This document shows, in pieces, positions 16,138 through 24,757 of a stretch of 64,000 nucleotides of DNA. The stretch comes from a virus. The stretch covers positions 45,352 through 109,351 of IMG/VR virus record IMGVR_UViG_3300028384_000673; one strand, 5' to 3'. Under the pieces are notes generated by a model, which was not told the origin of the DNA, did no database searches, and saw only the letters and a program-made list of their open reading frames with translations. The number at the start of each line of letters is the position of its first letter. Positions within the stretch are counted from its first letter, which is position 1. Made by a program: the position numbers and the translations under genes.

Positions 16138-16600
16138 ACCGTGGTATCGTGAAAAGATGAAGGTGGGTGATTGTTATGGAATTTGTATGGAGTTCTATGA
16201 TAAGGTTTTTGGTATAGAACTAAGAGACTATCCAAAGATTCATCGGAAGGCATTATTTGATCCAGAGTTTATTGAGGATCAAGCAGAGCGATTAGAGGAT
16301 GGAGTGATTCATGTCTATGCAGGTGATTGTAATAGTGATCCACCACCTTTATCGGACTTACAGTATGGTGACATGTTGGTCATGAGACTGCACTTAGAGC
16401 GTCTAGAAGGGGGTTATTCCACCCGTCGTGGTAGATTGTGTAACCACAGCGGTATATACCTAGGACATGGGTATATGTTGCATCATGCATGGTTAGATCC
16501 ATCGGAGATTGTGGACCTTACACAGTCTGTCTGGTTATACCGTTCAGTGGAACTTGTGTTACGATCACCACACACCGCAAATATTGTACCTCCTATATAA
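16106..16600 (+). CDS. NlpC/P60-family cysteine peptidase
   Basis: GDCYG (Cys), then HSGIYLGHGYMLH (His...His). Confidence 0.75.
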   Translation: MRGIWSQWVDRPWYREKMKVGDCYGICMEFYDKVFGIELRDYPKIHRKALFDPEFIEDQAERLEDGVIHVYAGDCNSDPPPLSDLQYGDMLVMRLHLERLEGGYSTRRGRLCNHSGIYLGHGYMLHHAWLDPSEIVDLTQSVWLYRSVELVLRSPHTANIVPPI

Positions 16601-16623
16601 GGTGATGGTCGATACAGACGATT

Positions 16624-16788
16624 ATGAGTAAAAGATTTACGGTGCCTGTTGAGGAAGATGACTTCGGTGATCTTATTATTACGTTGCCTGCTGAGGTTGT
16701 GAATGATCTTGGGTGGTATGAGGGGATGGATTTGGAGTGGAGTGAGGAGATTGATGGTTCGGTTGTGTTGAAGAAGTGTGAGGGTTGA
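16624..16788 (+). CDS. AbrB/MazE (SpoVT-AbrB)-like small DNA-binding protein (54 aa)
   Basis: Read manually: MSKRFTVPVEEDDFGDLIITLPAEVVNDLGWYEGMDLEW; ITLP....LG...G..L.W is a swapped-hairpin pattern. Confidence 0.6.
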   Translation: MSKRFTVPVEEDDFGDLIITLPAEVVNDLGWYEGMDLEWSEEIDGSVVLKKCEG

Positions 16789-16820
16789 AAAAACCCCGAA
16801 AAAACCCGTCGTGAAACTTT

Positions 16821-17060
16821 ATGGAATTTGAAGAGGTTTACAAAGAACACATGGAGATGATTAGTAAGGCGATTGAAAACCTTGCTAGTCGTATCTCTGT
16901 TGTTGAAGGTGCATTAGGTAAGATGCCTCCACCAGGGGCAGAAATGATTAAATACAAACCAGAAGGGTACGAAGACTATTTGAATATTCGTGAACTGTTT
17001 GATGATTTGTATATGCGGATAAATATGATCGAAGACCGCATCAAAGTCCTAGAACCCTAA
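16821..17060 (+). CDS. Hypothetical protein (79 aa)
   Basis: Clean ORF; the stop overlaps the next ATG. Confidence 0.7.
   Translation: MEFEEVYKEHMEMISKAIENLASRISVVEGALGKMPPPGAEMIKYKPEGYEDYLNIRELFDDLYMRINMIEDRIKVLEP
17018..17025 (+). promoter_or_regulatory. T4-type late promoter
   Basis: GATAAATA (variant of TATAAATA), 35 nt before ATG 17060. Confidence 0.55.
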
Positions 17061-20000
17061 TGGCAATTTATATTCGTGAAACGGGTCGTGGATTCCCTAA
17101 TGTAGATTCTGGTGGCGAGTACCAGAAAGTATGGCAACGACCCGAATATGGTAAGTATAAGTCTCACAAACACCATAGTGGTCCTGGGACAAACTATACT
17201 ATTACATTTAATGATGAGGGTCCTGGCACCTCTATTTTTGGTGAGGATAAGGTTTACTACATTGGTGACCAGGAAGTCCAGTGCGTTGGTGAATGTGATA
17301 CGGAGCGTGTAGGTATCCATCGCTTCTATCGTCCTGGAATGGATCACAAATATTCTACATATGAAAATCTCAGGGATGATGATGTTCCTGGTGAAAAAGA
17401 AAAGAGTAAAGTAAAGAAAGGATATATCAAAGAACCTCGTAGTGGTGTTCCTGTTTTCTACTTGGCACGTTCGGAGAAAAGTGGTAGAACACAACCTTTA
17501 TATGCTCACTACGAAAATGACAGAAATGATAGTCTGTTATCTACTTCTGATTTTGTAGGTAATGGTTATGTACGAACAGGTCTTCTTGGATATGTGTATA
17601 CATCCGCAGCAAATGCAGCAGCAGATGCTTCTATCAATGAAACTGCGGTTCCTTTGTATCATTATTTCAGAAGTACCAGTACAGAAAAGCGTGATAACTT
17701 CTATACAATCGATCCTGCGGCAGAAGTAAACCTAAATGGTGGACCTATTGCACCAAAAGATCCTCATGACCGTGAATATGAGTACCAAGGTATCATAGGA
17801 TATGTTTGGGCAGATGACTTTGGATCAGGAAATGTCAAGCAAATCCGTGAACAAGGTCTACTCGGTCCTGTTGGATATGGATCTCCTGTTGATTATGCAA
17901 CAAGATCTGGTTGGTATGACTGGGATTTTGATGGTAGTGGCATTTACACTCATGAAAATTATGAGTATCAGTATGATGCTGATGCTGGACCATTAGAACC
18001 AACGCCTATTGAGCGTTCTGGAAGAAATTATCGCTATTATGGAGCACCATCCGTACATAAGCATCCTGATTTTGGTTGGGGTAATCCAACTTTATGCCCT
18101 AATCTGAATACAGATGCGTATTTTGAATGGTTATACGGTAAGAATGGTGCTGTTAAAGCAGCAGTTCCTCGCTTCTTAGAGTTTCATTCCGCTTTTGACT
18201 CTCAGTTTGTATATTATATCTACGATACTTCCTATCCATGGAAGGGTCCTATCTTCTCAATTCAGTATGCATTGAGTGATAGACACTGTTGTCCTAATCA
18301 ATCCGTTACGGTTGATGAAGATGAGACATGTGTATGTAATGAAAGTCTACTTAACAAGACTTATCACTCTCATTTTTACGAAATCCGTGAAGATAGTTGG
18401 AGAACCACTCGAACTAGACTTGACATTACACAGGGTGGCGGCGCAGTAGGCGTTGAAGACTCATTCAGACCAGTAGATACTGACACCAAACGTATCTTTT
18501 TCCGCTATTTGAGCAGAGAAGGTACTCCATATCAAGAAGGTGACACTATTAATGGGTGGGAAATTAGTGAAGTTGCCTATTTTGGTAACAAACTTCGTTG
18601 TGGTTACATGGAATTGACTGGTGATGGTGATAAATTTAGCGCAGGACAGCAGTTCACTACTCCCGTAGACCCCGATAATGAAACTATTCTGCCTTCTAGA
18701 ACGGCAGAAGTCCTTGCTGGGTACGGAATTAGAGACCGAGCAGGGTATTTTGGTGTCTATGAGTTCCCAAAACGCATCTCTTATTATAAAGTTGAGATTG
18801 ATAGGACCGCATTAGTCAATAAACAGTCTCTTGACCTGGCAGAAATTGAGTGTACTGTTGATAAAAACGGCAGAATCTCTGATGTAAAGATTATCAATGG
18901 CGGAAAAGGGTATATCAATCCTAGAATTGTCATTGAAGAACCCGCACAGTTGACCGAAGGTGGTGCGAATGATCATGCCAGAGAGCAACTTAGACAACTG
19001 GGTGAGTGGGAAGGTGCGCCTTTGCGCTCCCCTACCAATAAATTGGACAATCCTGATGGTAGAAAGTACAACTTTACTCAGAAAAAGTTGCAAAGGAACA
19101 TTGCTGGTCAGAATAAGAAGTTTGAAAAAGTATTTGACAAGCGTGAAAACGTAGTACCTTATTCAGAAGTGTCCGATATTCAGATTGATAAGGCGGATAG
19201 AGTTGAAGGTGAAGACGGTGGAGTTAAAAGATCCAGTAGCACTGGCAAAAAAGTGTATGTTGAACGTGAAAGAGTTCGCACAATGAGTGCTGAACACCGT
19301 CGTAAGGGTAAATTTAAGCAAGCAGTTGTTGAAATTGTATCTCTAAACAAGGAAGGTGGCATTGAAGAGATTCTAATTAAGAACCGAGGTCAAGGTTATG
19401 ACCCAGATCCCAATAGAAGACCCAAGGTTTGGGTTGTTCAAGTGGAAGAAGAGCAGTATAAGTTCCGTGGTCCTAACACGAAGAAGATGCGAAAGAAGTG
19501 GAAAAAAGTTGTTGACCCTAATGTCAAGACTGATATTACGGAAACTGCTATCGATGGTATCAAAGGTGAGACTAGAAGAAGGTCTGGTGCCAAAGAAGGT
19601 GAGATTTCTATCATGGATGATGGTGTCATCGGATCATTTAAGTCCATGATGCAAGGTTTCACTCAATCTTATCCCACTGGATACATTAGATTCTCGGGAA
19701 CTGACGAAGTTGAGAAGACATCTCTTTGTTCTAATCTCCCTCCTGCCTGTATTGGGGTCGAAATTCCGTCTATTGTAAGTAAAGCACTGTTCAAACCTGA
19801 GACTGTTGAGGGTTTGATATCCGCATCTGGTGCATTTAAGAGTGTTATGGAGAATCAATATCCCGATATGGTCAGGGCTGCTGAGCAAACTGACCAAGCT
19901 GCTGACAATTTGTCTAGTTTGTATGGTTGGAATGGCAATCAACAGTGCATTTCACTGCCCCAACCTAAGTTTTATAACGTAACTCGCCTTGCAGACCTCC

Positions 20001-21244
20001 CATGTCCCTTTACTGATGCCGAAGATGGTCGTGATTATGGGTGGGTTATCTACAAATATTGCGGATCTGACTCAGATAACGCACATTTTAACGTAAGTTT
20101 GTCTGTTGAGGGCGAAACCAAGGGTTCTCAGGGCGCAGATTTCATGGAATTCCTGCAAAAACTGCCTAGACCCAATTTGACACCGCCTAGACCCGTCATG
20201 AATGGTGGTGATAAGCGTAAAATGTGGAAATGTAGTCGTCAAAACATCAAAGGAAGGTGTTATTGGGATCCATCTGGCGGAAATGACGTGGTTTTTGTCC
20301 CTGTTGGTCTAGATGAAAACACATTTGACTGGTCTAGTTCCGATTTTGATGAAGCAGAGCAGTTATCACTGTGGATGGGTGATAATTTTGATCGTACAAC
20401 CAAAGAAGTTGGATATACAATCCCTGGAACACCAGGAACACCAGGAAGCGGAGTTGAGGGAGACCCTGATTATGTACCTCCAACCCCTGGCACCCCTGAT
20501 GCTGATTATGATGTTCAAACATTCAATATTATTAAGACAACACCCCTAACGGGAGGTGTTCCTACCCATGAATGTTGGGATACTTATTTAAGACACTCAG
20601 GCAACTCGAATGGTGTGCTTGATGTGTATAGTGCATATTATGTACAAGGGTCTGGTAGTAACCAAACCCAAGGCAAAACTGCGGGAACAGGGTTCTGGGG
20701 TAACACAAGACTCTATGATGGAGAATCTTGTCCTTTTAGTCCTTGCACATACACTGTTTATAGCAATTATGGTTCTAGTGGATTTACAGGAAGTGCTATT
20801 GCACTAGAATATGTCAATGATGTATCCATTGCTATTGATCCAAGATTAATATCACAACGTGGTATGAAAATGGGTCCATATACTGGTACGTTAAATATTA
20901 AGAACTGGGCAACTGGTGCCACTATTGCATTTGGACAGGCAGTTCAGAATATGGGCAACCCTTTTTATAATGAATGTAGTGGTGGTGCGTTCGGTAATCT
21001 CGTCGAAGCAGTACAACCAAATCCACCTATCACCAGAAGAAAAGTTCACACGAGCAGTTATGACCCAGGTGATATAGAACTTGTGAAAAAGCAACAAAGA
21101 TTTAAGAATCTTAAAGATCTTGAATTTGAAGGTTCTGACACAGGATGGGAAGAATACTACGATGATGACTTTGATTTTGATGCTGATGTATCAAACACCG
21201 CAATTTCGGACTTTTCTACTAACACTGATCGTCTCTTCGACTAA
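17060..21244 (+). CDS. Large virion structural protein (1394 aa) with N-terminal DUF5648-like repeats
   Basis: Repeats of the PLY.Y......D.FYT......Y...G..GYV type (about 17310-17812), an NGGKGY spacer and a PGT repeat at 20423-20500; located upstream of the PAAR-like gene and gp25. Confidence 0.75.
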   Translation: MAIYIRETGRGFPNVDSGGEYQKVWQRPEYGKYKSHKHHSGPGTNYTITFNDEGPGTSIFGEDKVYYIGDQEVQCVGECDTERVGIHRFYRPGMDHKYSTYENLRDDDVPGEKEKSKVKKGYIKEPRSGVPVFYLARSEKSGRTQPLYAHYENDRNDSLLSTSDFVGNGYVRTGLLGYVYTSAANAAADASINETAVPLYHYFRSTSTEKRDNFYTIDPAAEVNLNGGPIAPKDPHDREYEYQGIIGYVWADDFGSGNVKQIREQGLLGPVGYGSPVDYATRSGWYDWDFDGSGIYTHENYEYQYDADAGPLEPTPIERSGRNYRYYGAPSVHKHPDFGWGNPTLCPNLNTDAYFEWLYGKNGAVKAAVPRFLEFHSAFDSQFVYYIYDTSYPWKGPIFSIQYALSDRHCCPNQSVTVDEDETCVCNESLLNKTYHSHFYEIREDSWRTTRTRLDITQGGGAVGVEDSFRPVDTDTKRIFFRYLSREGTPYQEGDTINGWEISEVAYFGNKLRCGYMELTGDGDKFSAGQQFTTPVDPDNETILPSRTAEVLAGYGIRDRAGYFGVYEFPKRISYYKVEIDRTALVNKQSLDLAEIECTVDKNGRISDVKIINGGKGYINPRIVIEEPAQLTEGGANDHAREQLRQLGEWEGAPLRSPTNKLDNPDGRKYNFTQKKLQRNIAGQNKKFEKVFDKRENVVPYSEVSDIQIDKADRVEGEDGGVKRSSSTGKKVYVERERVRTMSAEHRRKGKFKQAVVEIVSLNKEGGIEEILIKNRGQGYDPDPNRRPKVWVVQVEEEQYKFRGPNTKKMRKKWKKVVDPNVKTDITETAIDGIKGETRRRSGAKEGEISIMDDGVIGSFKSMMQGFTQSYPTGYIRFSGTDEVEKTSLCSNLPPACIGVEIPSIVSKALFKPETVEGLISASGAFKSVMENQYPDMVRAAEQTDQAADNLSSLYGWNGNQQCISLPQPKFYNVTRLADLPCPFTDAEDGRDYGWVIYKYCGSDSDNAHFNVSLSVEGETKGSQGADFMEFLQKLPRPNLTPPRPVMNGGDKRKMWKCSRQNIKGRCYWDPSGGNDVVFVPVGLDENTFDWSSSDFDEAEQLSLWMGDNFDRTTKEVGYTIPGTPGTPGSGVEGDPDYVPPTPGTPDADYDVQTFNIIKTTPLTGGVPTHECWDTYLRHSGNSNGVLDVYSAYYVQGSGSNQTQGKTAGTGFWGNTRLYDGESCPFSPCTYTVYSNYGSSGFTGSAIALEYVNDVSIAIDPRLISQRGMKMGPYTGTLNIKNWATGATIAFGQAVQNMGNPFYNECSGGAFGNLVEAVQPNPPITRRKVHTSSYDPGDIELVKKQQRFKNLKDLEFEGSDTGWEEYYDDDFDFDADVSNTAISDFSTNTDRLFD

Positions 21245-21777
21245 TGGCATACGGACTTTTACTACCAGTAGCACCAATCACGGGTCTTCCATGCTCAGGA
21301 CATGGTATTTGTATTCCTAGTACGGTTCACTCTGTACAAGCATGTGGAACTCCACCAGTTCCATATCCTATTATTATTAAAGAGTGGACCTGTTGGTGGC
21401 CACCTACGCCATTAGTACCTCTTGGGGCACTTAACCCTATGAAGGCAATGGTTCTGACGAATGGATTGCCAACGATGTCATTTGGCGATCAATTTACACC
21501 ACACATTTCACCATGTACTAACATTGTGATCTATATGTGCCCCTGCGGTAAGTCACTGTGTCCTGTTCCTACGGCAATTCCTTGTAGTGCTCTTACAGCA
21601 GAGGATATGGGTGGGGTAGGACACATGAGATTCTTATTTGCAACTAGTTTGACTGTCTATGTTACCAAGTTGCCTATTGGACGTGTTCTAGACCCTCTGG
21701 GGATAGGTACAACGGCATTCTCGTACCCATGTAACTCGGTGGTTGCATATGGATCACCAAATGTGCTATCATCATAA
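21244..21777 (+). CDS. PAAR-like spike-tip protein (T4 gp5.4-like)
   Basis: CSGHG, GDQFTPH, GH..FLFATSLTVYVTKLPIGRVLDPL and C.SVVAYGSPNVL. Confidence 0.65.
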   Translation: MAYGLLLPVAPITGLPCSGHGICIPSTVHSVQACGTPPVPYPIIIKEWTCWWPPTPLVPLGALNPMKAMVLTNGLPTMSFGDQFTPHISPCTNIVIYMCPCGKSLCPVPTAIPCSALTAEDMGGVGHMRFLFATSLTVYVTKLPIGRVLDPLGIGTTAFSYPCNSVVAYGSPNVLSS

Positions 21778-21795
21778 AGTCGTTTCACCGATATT

Positions 21796-21942
21796 ATGGC
21801 AACCCGAGCAAAAACTGGACTGAATAGCAGTCATATCGAATCTCGCCCCAAGAAAACTCGTCAGGGACGAGGACAGCATACAAAATATGCACCAACATCA
21901 CGTAACAAAGCAAAGAAGCGTTATCGTGGACAAGGCAGTTAA
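21796..21942 (+). CDS. Small highly basic protein (48 aa)
   Basis: Read manually: RPKKTRQGRGQHTKYAPTSRNKAKKRYRGQG, a motif I recall as conserved in marine T4-like phages. Confidence 0.65.
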   Translation: MATRAKTGLNSSHIESRPKKTRQGRGQHTKYAPTSRNKAKKRYRGQGS

Positions 21943-22117
21943 AACTACACCCGAACTCGTCAAACAAGCGAACGAGGGACTCTTTCATTCCACTATGAAT
22001 TTGCCAAATGCAGCAAAGCATTGTGGTATGACAGAGCGTGAAATGAAAATGACGTTCAGGGAGTATCTCAAATACAATGTTCCTGTTGACGTGCTAAATA
22101 ATCCAGACAACGATTAA
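21926..22117 (+). CDS. Small hypothetical protein, possible HTH
   Basis: GTG 21926 or ATG 21887; NLPNAAKHCGMTEREMK. Confidence 0.6.
   Translation: MDKAVKTTPELVKQANEGLFHSTMNLPNAAKHCGMTEREMKMTFREYLKYNVPVDVLNNPDND
22094..22100 (+). promoter_or_regulatory. Late promoter variant upstream of gp25
   Basis: CTAAATA, 27 nt before ATG 22127. Confidence 0.5.
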
Positions 22118-22126
22118 ATCGTTTAC

Positions 22127-22540
22127 ATGTCATCGTACAGATTCCGTTCAGAAAAGTTCTTTTCAAGGGGATTCAAGGATTTGGCAGTGTCTTTTGACGC
22201 TAATCCGAATACCGAGGATTTCGCTACGGTAAGTAACGAGAATGCTATTAAGCAGTCTGTTCGGAATCTTATGATGACTGCATTTGGTGAAAGACCTTTT
22301 CAGCAGGATATTGGATCCAGAGTTCGAGGTCTATTGTTTGAACCATTTGATATCTTCTCTGCCGAAGATATTAGAGACGAAATTACTAATACCATTGAAA
22401 GACTTGAACCTCGTGTTGAGGTACGAGCAGTTGATGTGAATATCTCTGAGGACGAATACTCCTTGGATGTTGCTATTGAATATGCAATCGTGGGACAACC
22501 TCAGACCCAAGTTGTTGAATTCCTCTTAGAGAGAACGTAA
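22127..22540 (+). CDS. gp25: Baseplate wedge subunit gp25
   Basis: FKDL..SF, NENAIKQSVRNL..T..GERPF...GS...LLFEP and EPRV. Confidence 0.92.
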   Translation: MSSYRFRSEKFFSRGFKDLAVSFDANPNTEDFATVSNENAIKQSVRNLMMTAFGERPFQQDIGSRVRGLLFEPFDIFSAEDIRDEITNTIERLEPRVEVRAVDVNISEDEYSLDVAIEYAIVGQPQTQVVEFLLERT

Positions 22541-22541
22541 C

Positions 22542-24752
22542 ATGCCAGCTACACCCTCAGAATTAACGTCACTAGACTTTTTTGAGATTAAGGAATCGAT
22601 CCGTTCCTACCTCAGGACTCGCCCTGAGTTTACGGATTATGATTTTGAGGGTTCGACTGCCTCATACTTAATCGATATTCTCGCTTACAACACTTATTAC
22701 ACTGCATTCAATGCCAATATGGCAATGAATGAGGCATTCTTGGAAAGTGCGACTGTTAGAGACAACATCGTTCGCATTGCCAAACAGATTAACTATACGC
22801 CTCGTTCGATAAAGGCGTCGAAAGCGTGTGTCAGAATTTCTGCTAGGGCGCAGGCATTGCCTGGTGGTCAGTCATATCCTGATTCTATTACCATTAGTAA
22901 GGGTGATGTTTTTGTCACTCAGATCAATCAGCAGTCATATACTTATTCTATTCCAAAGGATGTCAAGGCGTCCGTTGATCAAAACACAGGACTTGCGGTA
23001 TTCAGTAAGTTGGTGATTTATCAGGGTAATTTGATGACCTTCAATTACACTGTTGATGATACTAAGAAGCAAGAGTATATTATTCCCACGGATAGTGTAG
23101 ATACTGAACTTCTTACTGTTTCAGTGAAACCTAATGAACAGTCTTCTGAGACTGATGAATATTCTTTGTCCAGAAATGTTACTGCTCTGGACTCAACTTC
23201 TCGTGTTTATTTCTTAGAAGAAACCGAAGATCTTAGATATAAAGTTATTTTCGGTGACGGTATTCTAGGTCGTAAACTGATTGATAATGAATTTATCGTT
23301 CTTGAATATGTTGCAACTGACGGACCCGCAGCAAACGGTGCAACTAAGTTTTCCTTTGTTGGTAGAGCGATAGATTCATCTGGTCGTGCTGTATTGCCCA
23401 CAGCAATGTCTCTGGCAACCATTGACAGCAGTCAAGCAGGCGAAGATAAGGAATCTGCCCTGAGTGTTAAATTCCGTGCTCCTAGGGCATTCTCCACGCA
23501 AAACAGAGCGGTTACCGAGAATGACTATGCACACATTGTAAAAGATCTCTACCCTCAGGCAGCAGCAGTTACTGCTTACGGCGGTGAGAAATTATCACCT
23601 CCCGAATATGGTAAGGTATTCATCGCAGTTCGTTCTAAGTCTGGTGTAAACCTCAACACTACGACTAAGAAGCGTATTCAGAATCAACTTCTTGATTACT
23701 CTATGGCATCGATCCAACCTATTGTGGTTGATCCTCGTGTCTATTATCTGTCACCTAAGGTGTATCCGTCGTTTAACGGAAACGCTACTCCTAGATCTGC
23801 TAATGAACTTGGATCTGAGATCCTAAAATCTATTGACCAGTTTAACAATCAAAACCGTGATAATCGATTTGGTGGTCGCCTAGAAATGTCAAAGTTCAAC
23901 TCTATGGTTGACTCTTCTGACAATGCTATTGCAGGTACTACATCCCAAATGACTCTGGGTCAAAATCTTGACGAATTCACATTTGGCAATATCTTCACAC
24001 AGTGTCTCGACTTTAATAATCCAATCGTCAATCCTAGTGACTATGGTGGCGCAGGTGGTGGTAATGGTGGCGGGGGCGGCGGCAACGGTGGCGGCAACGG
24101 CGGCGGTGACGATGGCGCAGGCGGCGGTGATGGCGGCGATGGTGATGGTGGTGGTAATGGTGGTAGTGGAGATTGTGATCCTAAGTTCTCCTCTGTCAAA
24201 TCAGGATCTTTCTATGCAACTGGTTACACTGAACAAGTAGCAGATCAAATTGCTTCTGGTGAAGCAGCAGGATCTCTTAATACAACTGCTGGTGGTGCTT
24301 CTGATTTGGAAGATGCTATTACTAGTTCCGCCGCAACCGTCACATCTACCCTTGTCCCTGTAAACATTAGAGACGATGGTCTTGGAAATCTCATGATGGT
24401 TACAAACCGAAATGAGAAAGAAGTAATCCTCAATAATTCAATCGGCACAGTCGATTATGACTCAGGTAGGGTTTGCGTTGGACCCCTAAATATCGCAGAT
24501 ACTCCTGACAGTACAACTCGTGTGCCAGTGGTAGTTTTGCCCGATGGAAATGGTATTACCATTCCGCCTGGTGTTGATCCTACTATCTTCAATCCTGAGG
24601 TTTATCCCATCGATTTCATTACGAATCCGTCAAACATTCCTAACTTCGATCCTGGCAATTTTGCTGGATGGAACTATGGCGGTAGTGGGATAAATACGAT
24701 TGAATACCCGATTGATGCTTTCGAGTATCCAGAAATCGACTCCTGTTTCTAA
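22542..24752 (+). CDS. gp6: Baseplate wedge subunit gp6
   Basis: LDFFEIKESI..YL, FTDYDFEGS..S.LIDILAYNTYY, SAT.RDN and QNRAVT..DY. Confidence 0.92.
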   Translation: MPATPSELTSLDFFEIKESIRSYLRTRPEFTDYDFEGSTASYLIDILAYNTYYTAFNANMAMNEAFLESATVRDNIVRIAKQINYTPRSIKASKACVRISARAQALPGGQSYPDSITISKGDVFVTQINQQSYTYSIPKDVKASVDQNTGLAVFSKLVIYQGNLMTFNYTVDDTKKQEYIIPTDSVDTELLTVSVKPNEQSSETDEYSLSRNVTALDSTSRVYFLEETEDLRYKVIFGDGILGRKLIDNEFIVLEYVATDGPAANGATKFSFVGRAIDSSGRAVLPTAMSLATIDSSQAGEDKESALSVKFRAPRAFSTQNRAVTENDYAHIVKDLYPQAAAVTAYGGEKLSPPEYGKVFIAVRSKSGVNLNTTTKKRIQNQLLDYSMASIQPIVVDPRVYYLSPKVYPSFNGNATPRSANELGSEILKSIDQFNNQNRDNRFGGRLEMSKFNSMVDSSDNAIAGTTSQMTLGQNLDEFTFGNIFTQCLDFNNPIVNPSDYGGAGGGNGGGGGGNGGGNGGGDDGAGGGDGGDGDGGGNGGSGDCDPKFSSVKSGSFYATGYTEQVADQIASGEAAGSLNTTAGGASDLEDAITSSAATVTSTLVPVNIRDDGLGNLMMVTNRNEKEVILNNSIGTVDYDSGRVCVGPLNIADTPDSTTRVPVVVLPDGNGITIPPGVDPTIFNPEVYPIDFITNPSNIPNFDPGNFAGWNYGGSGINTIEYPIDAFEYPEIDSCF
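24045..24170 (+). repeat. Gly-rich low-complexity tract in gp6 (42 codons)
   Basis: GGAGGGNGGGGGGNGGGNGGGDDGAGGGDGGDGDGGGNGGSG, encoded mostly by GGC/GGT codons and locally GC-rich. Confidence 0.9.
24689..24696 (+). promoter_or_regulatory. T4-type late promoter
   Basis: GATAAATA inside the 3' end of gp6, upstream of ATG 24758. Confidence 0.55.
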
Positions 24753-24757
24753 GATAA

